The notes under the pieces are model-generated. The model searched no databases. It saw nothing but the letters and a program-made list of their open reading frames with translations, and was not told the DNA's origin. Made by a program: the position numbers and the translations under genes. Positions 11,901 to 25,020 of a DNA stretch of 64,000 bases are shown here, one piece after another. The stretch spans positions 33,356,001 to 33,420,000 of the forward strand of contig CM022671.1 of the NCBI GenBank assembly GCA_012295275.1, written 5' to 3'. The stretch's first letter is position 1. Each line of letters starts with the position of its first letter. The DNA is from Chrysomallon squamiferum (taxonomy: Eukaryota > Animalia > Mollusca).

Positions 11901-14900
11901 CTTGATAATGTTCAGTAGCAGTATATATTCCACTTTATCTAACACACTGTGTATACACTTTTTCATTAAGTACTATGTGTTATTTTATGTTTAAAGGAAA
12001 AGAAACAGGACACTTCGTTTGTTAGAGTTCACATATTATGATGGCTAAATGTCAGAGGTCGGTTCATTTATGAAATTCAGAATCTAGAAATGTTTTATTT
12101 CAAAATACAAAACAAAAAAACCCCAGTAAAATACCCAAAATAGTAAACATTTTTGATGGTGAATAAATCGTGAAATCAAAGCCATAAATAAGTGGGTATA
12201 TTTCAATAATTTATATGATGATGGAATAACATTATAAAATACTGAAGCTATTTTTAATATAAGTCTTAGAAATAAATTGTCTTTGTTTATTTTCAAACCG
12301 TTTTGAAGGAAATGGAGCAGAATGAAAAAAGGAACACAGAATAGCTCATACACTGAAGATAAGATTCAGTAAATCTGTAAAATAAATCAAAATAAATTTG
12401 AATATAATAAGATCAGTTTCTTATATCTCTATATAAAATTACATTATTAGAGAAGGTGAAATGTAATTTTCATAATGATATTTTATATACTTTCACATCA
12501 GTCAGGTTGTGTGAAAATAAAACAGAATATCAAAATAATACATTCTAAAAATGAACATGAATTTTTATAACACTAACAAAATGCAAAGAAAATAATAAAA
12601 AAGCATTTTATTTTGTACTAGTTTTATTCATAATGAATAATTAGAATGGTAACCATACTAACACATTATGCTGAATGCATAAACCATTATCTTTAGGTTT
12701 TGGCAAATGATTACCAGAAATAAAAGTGTTCTGACCTGTTTCATTTTCACACACACACACACACACACACATACACACACAAAGATATACATATATGAAA
12801 ACTGACGACATTTAGGTATGAAACACACATATACAGATTGGTACAAAAAACATATATGTAATGTAAGAACACACATACATACTGGTATGAAACACAGAGA
12901 AACACTTACTGGTATAACACACATAGACTTACAAGAACACATACCTTTACAATACATACACAGAGATGCTATGATAAATTAGCAATACTTATTAGCAGTA
13001 CTTACAATCTGATGTGACATTTATATTTTTTTGATCTGTATAAAACAGACAGTGGGAAAAACACTAAAAGGGTAACTCATGAAGAGAATGAAAATAATAA
13101 GCCCACTTCTCATGTTTGTGGATCTTCGTACAACCATTGTGAGCAGCAGAAATTAGTAAGACCATGTTTTGATTATTTTGGTATACGTGATAACTGTGTG
13201 TGTGTGTGTGTCTGTGTGTGTATTTGTGTGTGAGTGTGCATGTGTTATAACTCATATGAATCTTGTTTATATTATAATATATTATCTACATTATTTTCAT
13301 TGTATTACTATATACATTTATTTTGTTATTACAGTGAAGCATATAAAGGTACCCATATACAGACACACATATACATATATCTATAAACATTTTGTAAGAT
13401 ATTCAACTCGCAGAAATGATTATATAACAAAATTAATATCTTATTAGAATAAAAGGCTGATTCCAGAGTTTGCATTTATTAGTTAACTGTTCTATTAAAA
13501 ATAATGTTATTGAAATAGTTAAGCACTGAAAACATTTGATCAGTTTTGTGAAATCTGCACACTGTGATGAAATAGATGTTCTGCATTGATTATGTGGTAA
13601 TTAGATGGTCAGGCATTTTTATTTTATTTGAAAGATGAAATTAATGTTTATAAAAAAAACCTGGTTTCTTTTGTTAGGTTGCTGTCTTTTTCATCAAAAT
13701 AATAATCCATTTCATACTTTAAACCTAAAAAAGGTTTAATTTGGGAATTTTTTAAACCAGACTGAAGTCATTTGTCTTTTTCAAGTCATTATATCATGCA
13801 ACTAGAAGTGTTAATGTGTGGTGTGTCACTGAAACAAACTTATGCATGCTACAACATGCCCTTTATAATTGTGTTATGACAAATAAATGGTCTAATAAAA
13901 TTCTTTATTTTTTCGAAGATGTTGGTGCCTAAGAACTTAACTTAAAGATCTTGTAAGAGAAGAATCATTTAATGTTCTCTAAAGTTTCCTAAACATGTCA
14001 GACACAAAAGTGTTTTACTTTGACTTTGCCCCTTTAGAGAAATACATTCTTCTGACTGAAAAAAACCCATCCTTTGTACAGAAGTAAGCATCCACCTTGT
14101 TCCTTGTGTGTGTGGAGCTAAGTGTGCACCTTGTGTGTGTGGAGCTAAGTGTGCACCTTGTGTGTGTGGAGCTAAGTGTGCACCTTGTGTGTGTGGAGCT
14201 AAGTGTGCACCTTGTGTGTGTGGAGCTAAGTGTGCACCTTGTGTGTGCAAAATTAAATACCCACCAGTGTCTCTTGTGTGCAGAGTTAAACTGTCAAGTG
14301 TCACTTATTTACTTACTAGTCCACACCAATTTGGTAACACAGACTTCACAATTCAGATTACCTTTTTTGTCATAAACATAAATATACCATTTTGCCAACA
14401 AAATATATTTTTTACTGTAAACAAGATATCAACAAGATGTAACTATACATTACAATTTTAAACCTTTCATTTATATGAACTGGTAAAAATATATATGTAT
14501 GTATTTCTTAAAATTATTTATTATTATTGTTTTTTTTTTTTTTTAAATTTGTTATTACACTTAGGCAAAGGGCTACTTTGAATCTTAGTTTTGAAAATTG
14601 TTATTGTTTTCTTTGTAGAATGATTTAGAAGAAAAAATAATAGCATTTTTGAAAACTAAGACAGAGCCACAACTAACACTGACAATTGCGAAAGCTTGTG
14701 GTTGTGAAACACGGAAGTATGTTAATCCATCACTGTACGGCCTTGCCGAAAAAAACATTATTAAACAATGTAATACCCGTTCGCCTACCTGGCAGGTGAG
14801 TTAATGAGATTTTTAAAACTAAATTTGTCAATTGAAAGAGTTATAAAATGTTAAAAATTATAATATTTAATCATTTAGTTTGAGTAAGTAGATCAGTCAT

Positions 14901-15226
14901 TTCTTTTTAAATGATTTCTTCCAGTGTTGTTAAATATGAATCACTTCTGTACTTCTAACATTCCTTTACAACTTCAGATCAACCTTTAATAATAATAAAG
15001 CATGGTGATAACAATTTCTAGAGTATGCAGACAGACTGAAATTTTCCTTTTGTTTTGTGGCATTTCATATATAGAAACGGAAATAATCCAAGGAAAGTAA
15101 GGTTAATGTGAAATAATATATCTTTATAAAATCTGTATAAAATATATCTGAAAACCTCTTTCTTTTTGCAAATTGCATTTGATGTAGTCTTTTAACTTTA
15201 AAAACTTTTGTTTTCAGATGATGTGA
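8299..15226 (+). CDS. Gene B: CARD + Z-alpha protein (~271 aa, mosaic linker)
   Basis: Exons 8299-8418, 9189-9354, 9906-10010, 10518-10588, 11788-11848, 13049-13155, 14619-14795, 15218-15226 give an open 816-nt CDS. The CARD is paralogous to gene A. Z-alpha: NDLEEKIIAFLKTKTEPQLTLTIAKACGCETRKYVNPSLYGLAEKNIIKQCNTRSPTWQ. Linker exon choice is less certain: the 13049 acceptor is a downstream AG because the ancestral one is mutated. Confidence 0.72.
9633..9677 (+). pseudogene. Dead copy of gene A exon 3 inside gene B
   Basis: gag ata gat gct ggc tgg att aaa tta gaa cga aag gac aga g is homologous to 2190-2234, but the acceptor (cag>caa) and donor (gt>ga) are mutated. Confidence 0.65.
14095..14290. 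repeat. 27-bp minisatellite in the intron before the gene B Z-alpha exon (also 26045-26270 and 43040-43330)
   Basis: Unit ttgtgtgtgtggagctaagtgtgcacc in tandem. It is related in sequence to the 36-bp family. Confidence 0.95.
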
Positions 15227-16952
15227 AAAGAACTTTCGTAGATATAATGAAATACTGGGTAAAAAAAGCGACAAAATGAGAACCTTCCAACACATCATTT
15301 TTGCATATGATAAATGTTTTCTTCAAATCATACATCTGTGACTTTTTAAATAACATTACAGCATGGCAGGAAAAACAAACAAAATAAGAAAAGTGCTTAT
15401 CTAAAATTAGAGAAGTCACGTCTCTGTGAGTGAATTTGGAACAGTTCCAGGTTGTGAAGCAGTTAATTGTAACTGGAAGCGAGCACATTGATAATCTCTG
15501 ATGTACAAATATCTGGACTAGTACTGTTCAAAGTTTACAAAATCTGTCAATATCCAGCTGTTATTTAAATCCAAAATGAAATTTGTCATTCATCTGAAAT
15601 GCAAATAATTTAGGTTGTACACTTTAAATGTGAAATTTTGAAGTTGGAATTAAAATAACTGAAATTGTTTTGATGACCTATTTTAATCTAAGAGTAAAAA
15701 ATTATTCAAAGGAATTTATAAGATTTAAATTTTTTAAATAGCAGAGGCCTTTTAAAATGAAGATATTGAAATTGTCTTTAAAATTCTTATGAAACAATTA
15801 TGTACATTTTTTAGAAATGTTGTTATATATTGATTTTATATTTGTATGAGTATTTAAAAAATGATCTATTTATTATGTAAATCAAATAAATATTATAATA
15901 TTTGTATTTATTTATTTATTATTTTTTAAATCTGTTGAATTACAACATGAGATCTTACAAATTATTAATATCTTGTTAATCATATACTTGATTATGATTG
16001 AAAAATACCTTTTTAAGAATAACAGTTCTGGTGTAAATAAAATATTAAATATTTTTATATAAAGAATAAATTATTTTATTATGTATTCAGTTTCGTTTCA
16101 GTCAGTTAATCTTCTACTGCAGAAGTACAAAATCAAAGAAACAAAGAAACAAACATACAAAAAAAAACAAAAACAAAACAAACAAATAAACAAATTAGTA
16201 ATTAAAAATATCTATAAAATGACTAATGGGAAAGAAGGTAGAAACATTTTAATGACACGATCAGCACATTCCAACCTACCATTGTGTGAGTCATATTATA
16301 CAGGTTTAAGATCCATCATAAGAGAAATCCCACTTCCATTAGACTGAGTTTGTTCTTTAATCATTAGCTGTAACATACATATATTCAAAAAGAAAGAAAG
16401 GTTATGAATAAATTCAACCTGCACGCACACGCACAACAGTATTTATTTGAATTGTAACTTTACAATTTTTGTTTCTTTAAACTGATTCCAAACTAAAATA
16501 AACTTAAGTCTTCAGTTCTTTGCTAATGGAACAAAACTGCTTGGTCTTTGCATGATGACAAATCCAATCCAAACACTTAAACAGCGCGTGTTATTTATAT
16601 ACGATACAAACATTACCAAAATAGTGTATAACATCTGCTTTAAATTTAAAAAACAAAGAAACAACAGCTACAACAAGAACAAGAAAAAAATCAAAGAAAA
16701 AGTTAAAATAAATAAATAAACAATAATAATAAAATTAAATTAAAATTTTAAAATAAAAAAAATTAAAAATTAAAAATAACAAAAAAGATATAAAACATGA
16801 GGGGGGAGAGGGTAGGTGCGCAGCAACCTGTGGAAATTACACAGAAAGAAACACTACTATGGAAAGCACTAGCAGTAAAATCTTCGTCGGGTGTTTATTA
16901 GTCAGTTATATTTGAAATGTTTGTATATTATTATTATTATTATTATTATTAT

Positions 16953-16984
<32 letters not shown>

Positions 16985-17070
16985 TTATTATAAATTCAGT
17001 TACGATCATCAGAAATTATATTTCAGTTTATTTTAATTCAAAATTAGAAACTTTGTTATACAAATATTTA

Positions 17071-17103
17071 CTTCCTGGTCAGCAAATTTCTACTTTCATT
17101 TTC
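17071..17103 (-). promoter_or_regulatory. ETS core plus ISRE-like element upstream of gene C (also 29072-29083 for D and 34185-34196 for E)
   Basis: CTTCCTG at 17071-17077 and ACTTTCATTTTC at 17092-17103 (reverse complement GAAAATGAAAGT). The element sits at the homologous position of the gene B ISRE. Confidence 0.55.
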
Positions 17104-17365
17104 TCGCTGAATAATTTGACTAATATAGAAATATTATTATATATCGTTGAGATAAAAAAAAAAAAAAAAAAAAAAAATAATAAAAAATAAAAATAAATGT
17201 TTAATATTTTATTTAAAAAAAGAGTTAATTGTCAAATTCGAAACAGTTTAATATATTTGAAATTAGTGTAATATCTTTCGTTACTATTAGATATATATAA
17301 AGAGAGAAAAAATTATTTTTGTATTAGATTAAAATAGTAAGATTTTATGTTTCCAGTTGTTTATC

Positions 17366-17963
17366 ATGGATAAAGAGCATTTGAGAGAAAATGACTTAGT
17401 AAGAAGATTATCGTCTGAGTTTAAGTCAAAAATAGTGCCATCTCAAATAATACCTTATTTAGATGTTCATCGTATTTCCAGGGAAGATGAAGTTAGTTGG
17501 TGTTTTGTATTAAATATTAAAATAATAGAACTTTCATTCTTTAAACAACAATGACAGACAGTTTAACAAAGTCACCAATAACAAAAATAAATAATATATT
17601 TAAAAAAAAGAAGAAAAATGGAGAAAGAAATTTTAATTAATATTATTATTATTATAATTATTATTATTATTATTTTGAATGGATTTAATTTTATAGTTTC
17701 ACTTTAGGTTGGAAAATAAGAGATATAGGGTGTGTCTAGCAGAGATTTTAAATATTTGTCAGTAAAAGTTTCAAGTCAAGGAGGTTTTGAATAGTTTCAT
17801 GAGAACCATATAATTTCATAACCAAAAACATATTGATAATTGATTTGTAACCAAGTAATAATTAGTTAGATATTAAAGTTTTTAAATGTAAAATAATTAT
17901 ATTATTACAATCTTAAAAATGTTCATTAAGCAAAATACATAATCAGTTTATGTTTTAAGTTAT

Positions 17964-17994
<31 letters not shown>

Positions 17995-18341
17995 TATATT
18001 ATTAGTATTTTTTATTTTTTGCATAGGATTTAATATTAGCAAAAGAAACAACTGAAGGAGCAATGGCAGCAGCTTATTTATTGCTGAATCGTCTTTCACG
18101 TAACTATGACTGGTTTAACAGCTTACTGAGAACACTCAGACATGAAGAAGTCCGGTTGCATCACGTAGCATGTACTTTTGAAGAAATTAAAAGTATTTTT
18201 CAATTTCAGTTTTAACATGTCTTCATGTGAACTAACAAAAGAACTTTACAAATATAAATACTACATGGGACTGTGTTTATGTTTATTGATATATTTTTAA
18301 ATTAATAGTTCTTGGTTGCAAAACTTGATTTATTTATTTAT

Positions 18342-18434
<93 letters not shown>

Positions 18435-21400
18435 GCAGCAACAGATTTGTAATATATTTTTTTTTCTCTAGAAATGAAAAAGATCATAGCTTGGTGTTTG
18501 TTAAAAAAGTGATTGGCCATCACCTGCAGTAAAATTAGGAGGATTGATCCTGGAGCATGTCATTGCTACCCTGTGATTAACTAAGTCATGGAAACGTTTC
18601 AATAAATTAATTTGACTGTTTCACACAAACCGACTACAAAATTTACAAGAAAGTTGTTCATATGTGATGCATTGTTGAATTTATAAAGGATTTGTAGATA
18701 TGTGTGGCCTTATTGTCCTTATCTGTTCATTGTTAGAAAATTCCTTTTTGTTATCCAGCTTATGAAGTGTGTGTGTGTGTGTTTGTTTATAAATCTCTAT
18801 AATTTGAAATTCATTTATTCTGAATTTTATTTATTTTTAATGTTTGTTGTCATTTTTTGCAGGACAAGTGGATAATCACTGGAACAGTCTACCGCAAAAA
18901 AATCCTCATTCTGTTTCAGACATAAATCGGACTACAGTTAACGAATTTAAATTTGGCAAGCCAAAAAGTAAGTTCTATTTACAAAGAAAACAAAGAAAAG
19001 AATAATGAATTTAATTTTAATTGAATTCCTGAAACTGAGCTATGATATCCTGGGTGTGACAGATTTGGATAAGATAAATGAATGGCTTAAATTAATCTCT
19101 TTATAATATGTAATAGATATTGATACAGTATTTGCCTGATCAGCATTGTCAGTATTCCTCACCACATCTACTGGATTATTACAGTCAGTATTTATACCAG
19201 TATAGGTATGTGTGTATTATTTACATATGTATGTATATATTTATCAGAAAACAATTGATGAAAACTAATGGATTAATTTAAATTCAGACTGAATTAATTG
19301 ATATAATATGTAATACAAACTACATTTTAATAGTCCTGAGAAATTTTAGTGCCTTTCAGGTTCTTCATGAAAAATAAAAATAAAAAGTTAAAGTTTTGTT
19401 CTCTTTCTCATACGTTTTTCATTCTCCCTCCCACCTTTGTATTATAGCTGTATTTAAAAATGTGTGTATGCATTTTAGGTGATTATGTCACAGATGTAGG
19501 TCATTCAGGAAGGCCATATTTAAGAAACATTGAAACTGCAGAAAAAGGGGAAGCTTCCATGTATGTTGATGCCAGAAGTGCTGATAATAAGCCAGATAAG
19601 GTAAAAATAAATGTTTCATTATTATCCCAATCTTTGTGACTGATGCATAAAATCTGAACTGTAAGTAAATATTAAAAATGGAAACATACAGTATTCAGCA
19701 TTTTCTAATTTCTTGTGCAAATTGATTTAGAGAAGTGGGTTGTGTGTTTTATAACATGCTAACACCATTACAGGACACCTGGCAAAGCAGCACACTAAGG
19801 GCATTTCACACAGAACCACTTAAAAAACCTATTAACAGCAATCCACAGCATACATGGAGAGCATGGGACTTATGGTGCCTATTATCTTAAAACAGAATCA
19901 GAATATTTTCTCTTTATTATGAATAGTATGTCTATAAGTGTGTGCATGAAAATTATCTCTTCCTGCTAAAAAGTAAGAATGGTGTGCAGAACTGAGGTGT
20001 CAGATTTTTTCTTTCCCTTGTTACATAAAATCATTTCACATAGAATTAATATTATGATGCTGTCCATTATTCATGATATTATTATAAAAATATTCAAAAG
20101 CACATTTAAAGAAAGTGAATTCAATCCTTTTGTTTACTTTTCAGAGTGAATTAAAAGATAAAATACTAGAATTTTTAAAAACTAATCCAGGACCACAGGA
20201 AACAATAAAAATTGCAAAAGCCTGTGGTTATAAATCACGTTCAGATGTGAATCCTGTAATTTATAGCCTAGAGAAAGAGGGTCTTCTCCAGAAATGTACT
20301 GACCAACCTCCCTCCTGGCAGTACATCAATATGAGTATTGTAGACAGGGTAGAAAGATAAGAAATAAAATAAAATTACACATCCACTTTTTTTCTTTTTT
20401 TTTTTTGTGTGGGGTGAATGGGCAGAGAAATAAGCATCAAATTAAAAAGTTGTTTAATCTTTCTGATCTTTGTTTAAACTGGTAAATGATCAAGAAATAG
20501 AAACCAATTTCTATACTGTTAACGTCAAATGTAATAGATAATAAGAAATTTTAAAAAGCATTACATGAATCACCATTGTTTTTTAGTAATCACAAATGTA
20601 GCAGGAGGCATCTAAGAAGATCTCAGTTTCCAAAATATCATACTTGCAATACTGCTGTGAAAAAAATAATAATAACATTTGTTAAGAATTATAATATTTT
20701 TAAAATTTGACAAAAACTTTTGTTTTCTAATATTTTCAGACAAATGAATGTACAGAACACAAGGAAGATGATGGTTATGCAACATTAAATTATAGGTTAA
20801 TTTTAACTTCACGAATATCCAGTGTGAGATTGAAATTGTTCTGTTTTAAGTTATTTGCATAAATCAGTAATATTTCTATAAAGATGAAATGCATGCATCA
20901 GTTGGAATTCCATACTTGATCTTGAATTGAGCTATATTTCTAGGTGTTTAAATTAATATATTAAAAATCTTAGCATTTATTATAAAAAACAAAATAATAA
21001 TAATAATTTGTAATTATTTAACTCTGAAAATATACTGAACTGCCTGTTATTTATTTTTATTATTATTATTTTTATTATTATTATTATTATTATTAGTTTC
21101 ATACTCTACGTGAAAGGGTTTACTTTTGGAAACTGTTAGAAGTTATCATGACAACAGTTATTTTATTTATTTAATTATTTATATTTTAAACTAAATCAAC
21201 ACATGGAGAAATTCTTTATCAATATAAAATCCTGCTTGGTATTATTTTCCAGTATTCAAAAGTCCACTGACGAAAGTGATGTTTATGATCAGCTTGAGAA
21301 TATTCATTTTGATGACAATCCGGAATACCATGACAGACAGCGTGACACTGCAGTAAGTTATAATAAAACAACTACTTCGAAAATCACACACACCAACATT

Positions 21401-22714
21401 TCTAGTACTGAATTAATAGTGAGATGAGTAGTGGGTTGTAGTAGAGTAAGTTACATTAGTACATGTCACACTACAGCACGGCAGTGTACATCACTACACT
21501 GCATCATATCATGTGTCAGTGTACATCATTACATCATGTCAGTATGTCATATATCATGTTAGTTTACATCACTGCATCATTTCAGTATGTCATATATCAT
21601 GTTAGTTTACATCACTGCATCATTTCAGTATGTCATGTATCATGTCAGTGTACATCACTATATATAGTTTATATTATTGCATCATGTCATTAGAGATCAA
21701 ATTACAGTAAATGCTCAATTTAATGGATTGATATTTTATTATAACATGAAATATTTAATGTACTCTCCAGTTTTAATATTAAATATTGAGTAACAGCAAT
21801 TCCTTTGCTCTAATTAAGTCTGCTCGGGAATAAAAATGTATCTGAATTGTAATATATGGATGGAGATGTACCATTTGTTTTCTGGTAGCAGGTTGAAGAA
21901 GTCAAAGTCACTTTTTAAAAAAAAAATAATTATACTAACCCCTCTTAAAAAACCCTAAAAATAATAATAAAAGATATAAATCTCTAAATGATGGCAGTCT
22001 CAGAAGTTGTTCTTCAGATGATGTAAAAGTTTCTGGTTCATCCATCTGCACAAATCATTGAGTATGAGACTTCCTTTGCACCTAAAACAGTCTGCTAAAT
22101 CCAAATATTCATTAAATCAGATACACTGTATGTCACGTTGTTATGTGAAGTTATGTCTGGTTCTCTCTCACTGTTAGTACTCACATTGCAGAAACATGAA
22201 GAGAAGGAATATACCAAAGCAGAAGTAACACAAGCCCTTCAACATCTGGCAGTACATCACTGTGAATATTGTAGACATGGTAGAAATTGTCTCATAATTA
22301 TCATATATATTCTCACTATATACACATAAATGTAATAAAAGTATATTATTCTACTGAATATGCTTTCTCATTTATTTATTCTTTAACATTACAGCTGGAT
22401 AATGTGCCTCTCTCTTCTGCAGCTTATGACTTCATTTTTCTCATTTTATTTCCATTTGTAAAAATACTGAGGACAGTTAGTACACTGGTATGAAAATATT
22501 GAGGAAAATTAGTTTTAAAAGACTTACAAAGGGAACAGAAATATAGATATAACAGATATTCAACATGAAATATTTTTAACCAGTGGTTACATAACTCCAC
22601 ACATGTGGATATATACTACACAGAAAAGCCAAGGAAGCTTGCTGCTGTCACATAAGGAGCCATTTTCTAATCTCAACAAGAGATCCTTTTTAATCAGCCT
22701 CCGCAAGGCAGTGT

Positions 22715-22746
<32 letters not shown>

Positions 22747-24232
22747 GTAAAATACCACAAACATTGTCTGCATAACTTGTGGCACCCAGACATTTTTTCA
22801 CTGGTAACCTCTTTCAGTGACAGTCTACTGAAATTAGGAACACTATAACAGTAAGAGGGAAATAGTTTCATAAAAAACATATATAATAATAAACCTTTAA
22901 ATGGAAAGGTGTAGCTGATGAAAGAAGAGTGTTGAGCTGGAAATTGGTGGGTTTTACAAATGACTCCAATGGTTTTTCCATGTTCCATTTGCTTAAAACT
23001 TGGTTAATCCCAGACTCAGCAACAGACATGCTTGGCATTAGAAGGGAAAATGTTTTCACTACAGCAAAAAAATTTGTAATTAATAACATTATTAAATTAC
23101 TTCATGCATTTGACAAGAAGACGAAGAAATTGCTGCAAAATTCCAAAACTTAAATCAACTTCTTAGTGATTTTTTTACTCACTGACATGTTTAATGAACT
23201 ACTTTGTAGACTCCTGGAAAAAGAACAGTGCTTTAAGTCTTTTAAACTGAATTAATTATTATATTTTGCAGGCTCAGTCATGTTCACAGGTTGTAGAAGA
23301 ACTTGAAGGAGCACGAGCTAATGAGACAGCCAGTAAGTTATATTGTTAACTAAAAATGTAATTAATATACGTTTTTTATTCTTCTTGAAATATTCAGTAA
23401 CCGTATAATTCTACTTTCTCTAGCACTCTGTATTGGCACTTAATGATAAACTGGAATGTGTTCTGTTATGCTTAAAGAACAAGAAACAGGAAAATTTGTT
23501 TCTTTCATGACTGAATATCAGATAAAAATTCATGTATAATATTCAGAATCTATAAATGTTTTATTACAGAAATCAAGCTATTTTTAATTTAAATCTTAGA
23601 AACAAATTGTGTTTATTTTCAGTTTTAAAGGAAGTGGAGCAGAATGAAAAAAAGAAGACAGAAACCTCATACACTGAAGGTAAGTGTCAGATTAAAACTG
23701 TAAAATAAACCAAAATAAATTTCAGTATAATAAGATCAGCTTCTTATACCTTTATATAAAATGACATTATTAGAAAAGGCGAAATATAATTTTCATGATG
23801 ATTTTTTATACACTTTCAATAAGTCATGTCTGTTTGAAAATAAAACAGCTCAGTAAACTTTTATTTTTGGTAATCATTTGCCAAAACCTAAAGGTAATGT
23901 TTTATACACAATCAGCAAGATGTGATACTATGATTACCATTCTAATTATTCATTATAAATAAAATTAGTACAAAATAAAATGTTTTTTTATTATTTTCTT
24001 TGCATTTTATTAGTGTTATAAAAATTCATGTTCATTTTTAAAATAGATTATTTTGTTTTATGTCATTCTGTTTAGGTACACTCTTATTTTATTATTATGA
24101 AACATGAGTAAACACACACACACACACAGATATACACTCATTTGTTGATATAATGATTTTCTACCTGTAAAACCAAAGATAATTTTCCAGATAAGATGAG
24201 TAATAAATATATATTTACATATACATAAACAG

Positions 24233-24271
<39 letters not shown>

Positions 24272-24985
24272 GTTATATGAAAACATTCAGACATTTAGGT
24301 ATGAAACACATATACCTAATGAAGAATTAGTACAAAATAAAATGTTTTTTAAAAATTATTTTCTTTGCATTTTATTAGTGTTATAAAAATTCATGTTCAT
24401 TTTTAAAATAGATTATTTTACTGTATGTGACATTTCTTCATTCTGTTTAGGTACACTGTTATTTTAGTATTATCAAAACATGAATAAACACAGACACACA
24501 CATTTGTAGCTATAATGAATTTCTTCTGATAAAACCAAAGATAATTTTCCAAATAGATGAGTAATACATATATATTTACATATACAAAAAGAGAAAGAAA
24601 CCGTAGAGATTTAGGTATGAAATACACATGTACATATTGGTATAAAAACCATATGTCTAATGCAAGAACACACATACACATACTGGTATGAAACACAGAG
24701 AAACACTTACTGGTATAACACACATAGACTTACAAGCACACATACCTTTACAATACAGACACAGAGATGCTATGATAAATTAGCAATACTTATTAGCAGT
24801 ACTTACAATCTGATGTGACATTTATATTTTTTTGATCTGTATAAAACAGACAGTGGGAAAAACACTAAAAGGGTAACTCATGAAGAGAATAAGCCCACTT
24901 CTCATGTTTGTGGATCTTCATATAACCATTGTGAGCAGCAGAAATTAGTAAGACCATGTTTTTATTATTTTGGTGTAAATGATAA

Positions 24986-25020
<35 letters not shown>

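Noticed and set aside
14108-14461. Metallothionein- or keratin-associated-like CGAKCAPCV ORFs (also 26062-26442, 43057-43431)
   Set aside because: They arise from the 27-bp intronic minisatellite; copy number and frame are not conserved between paralogues.
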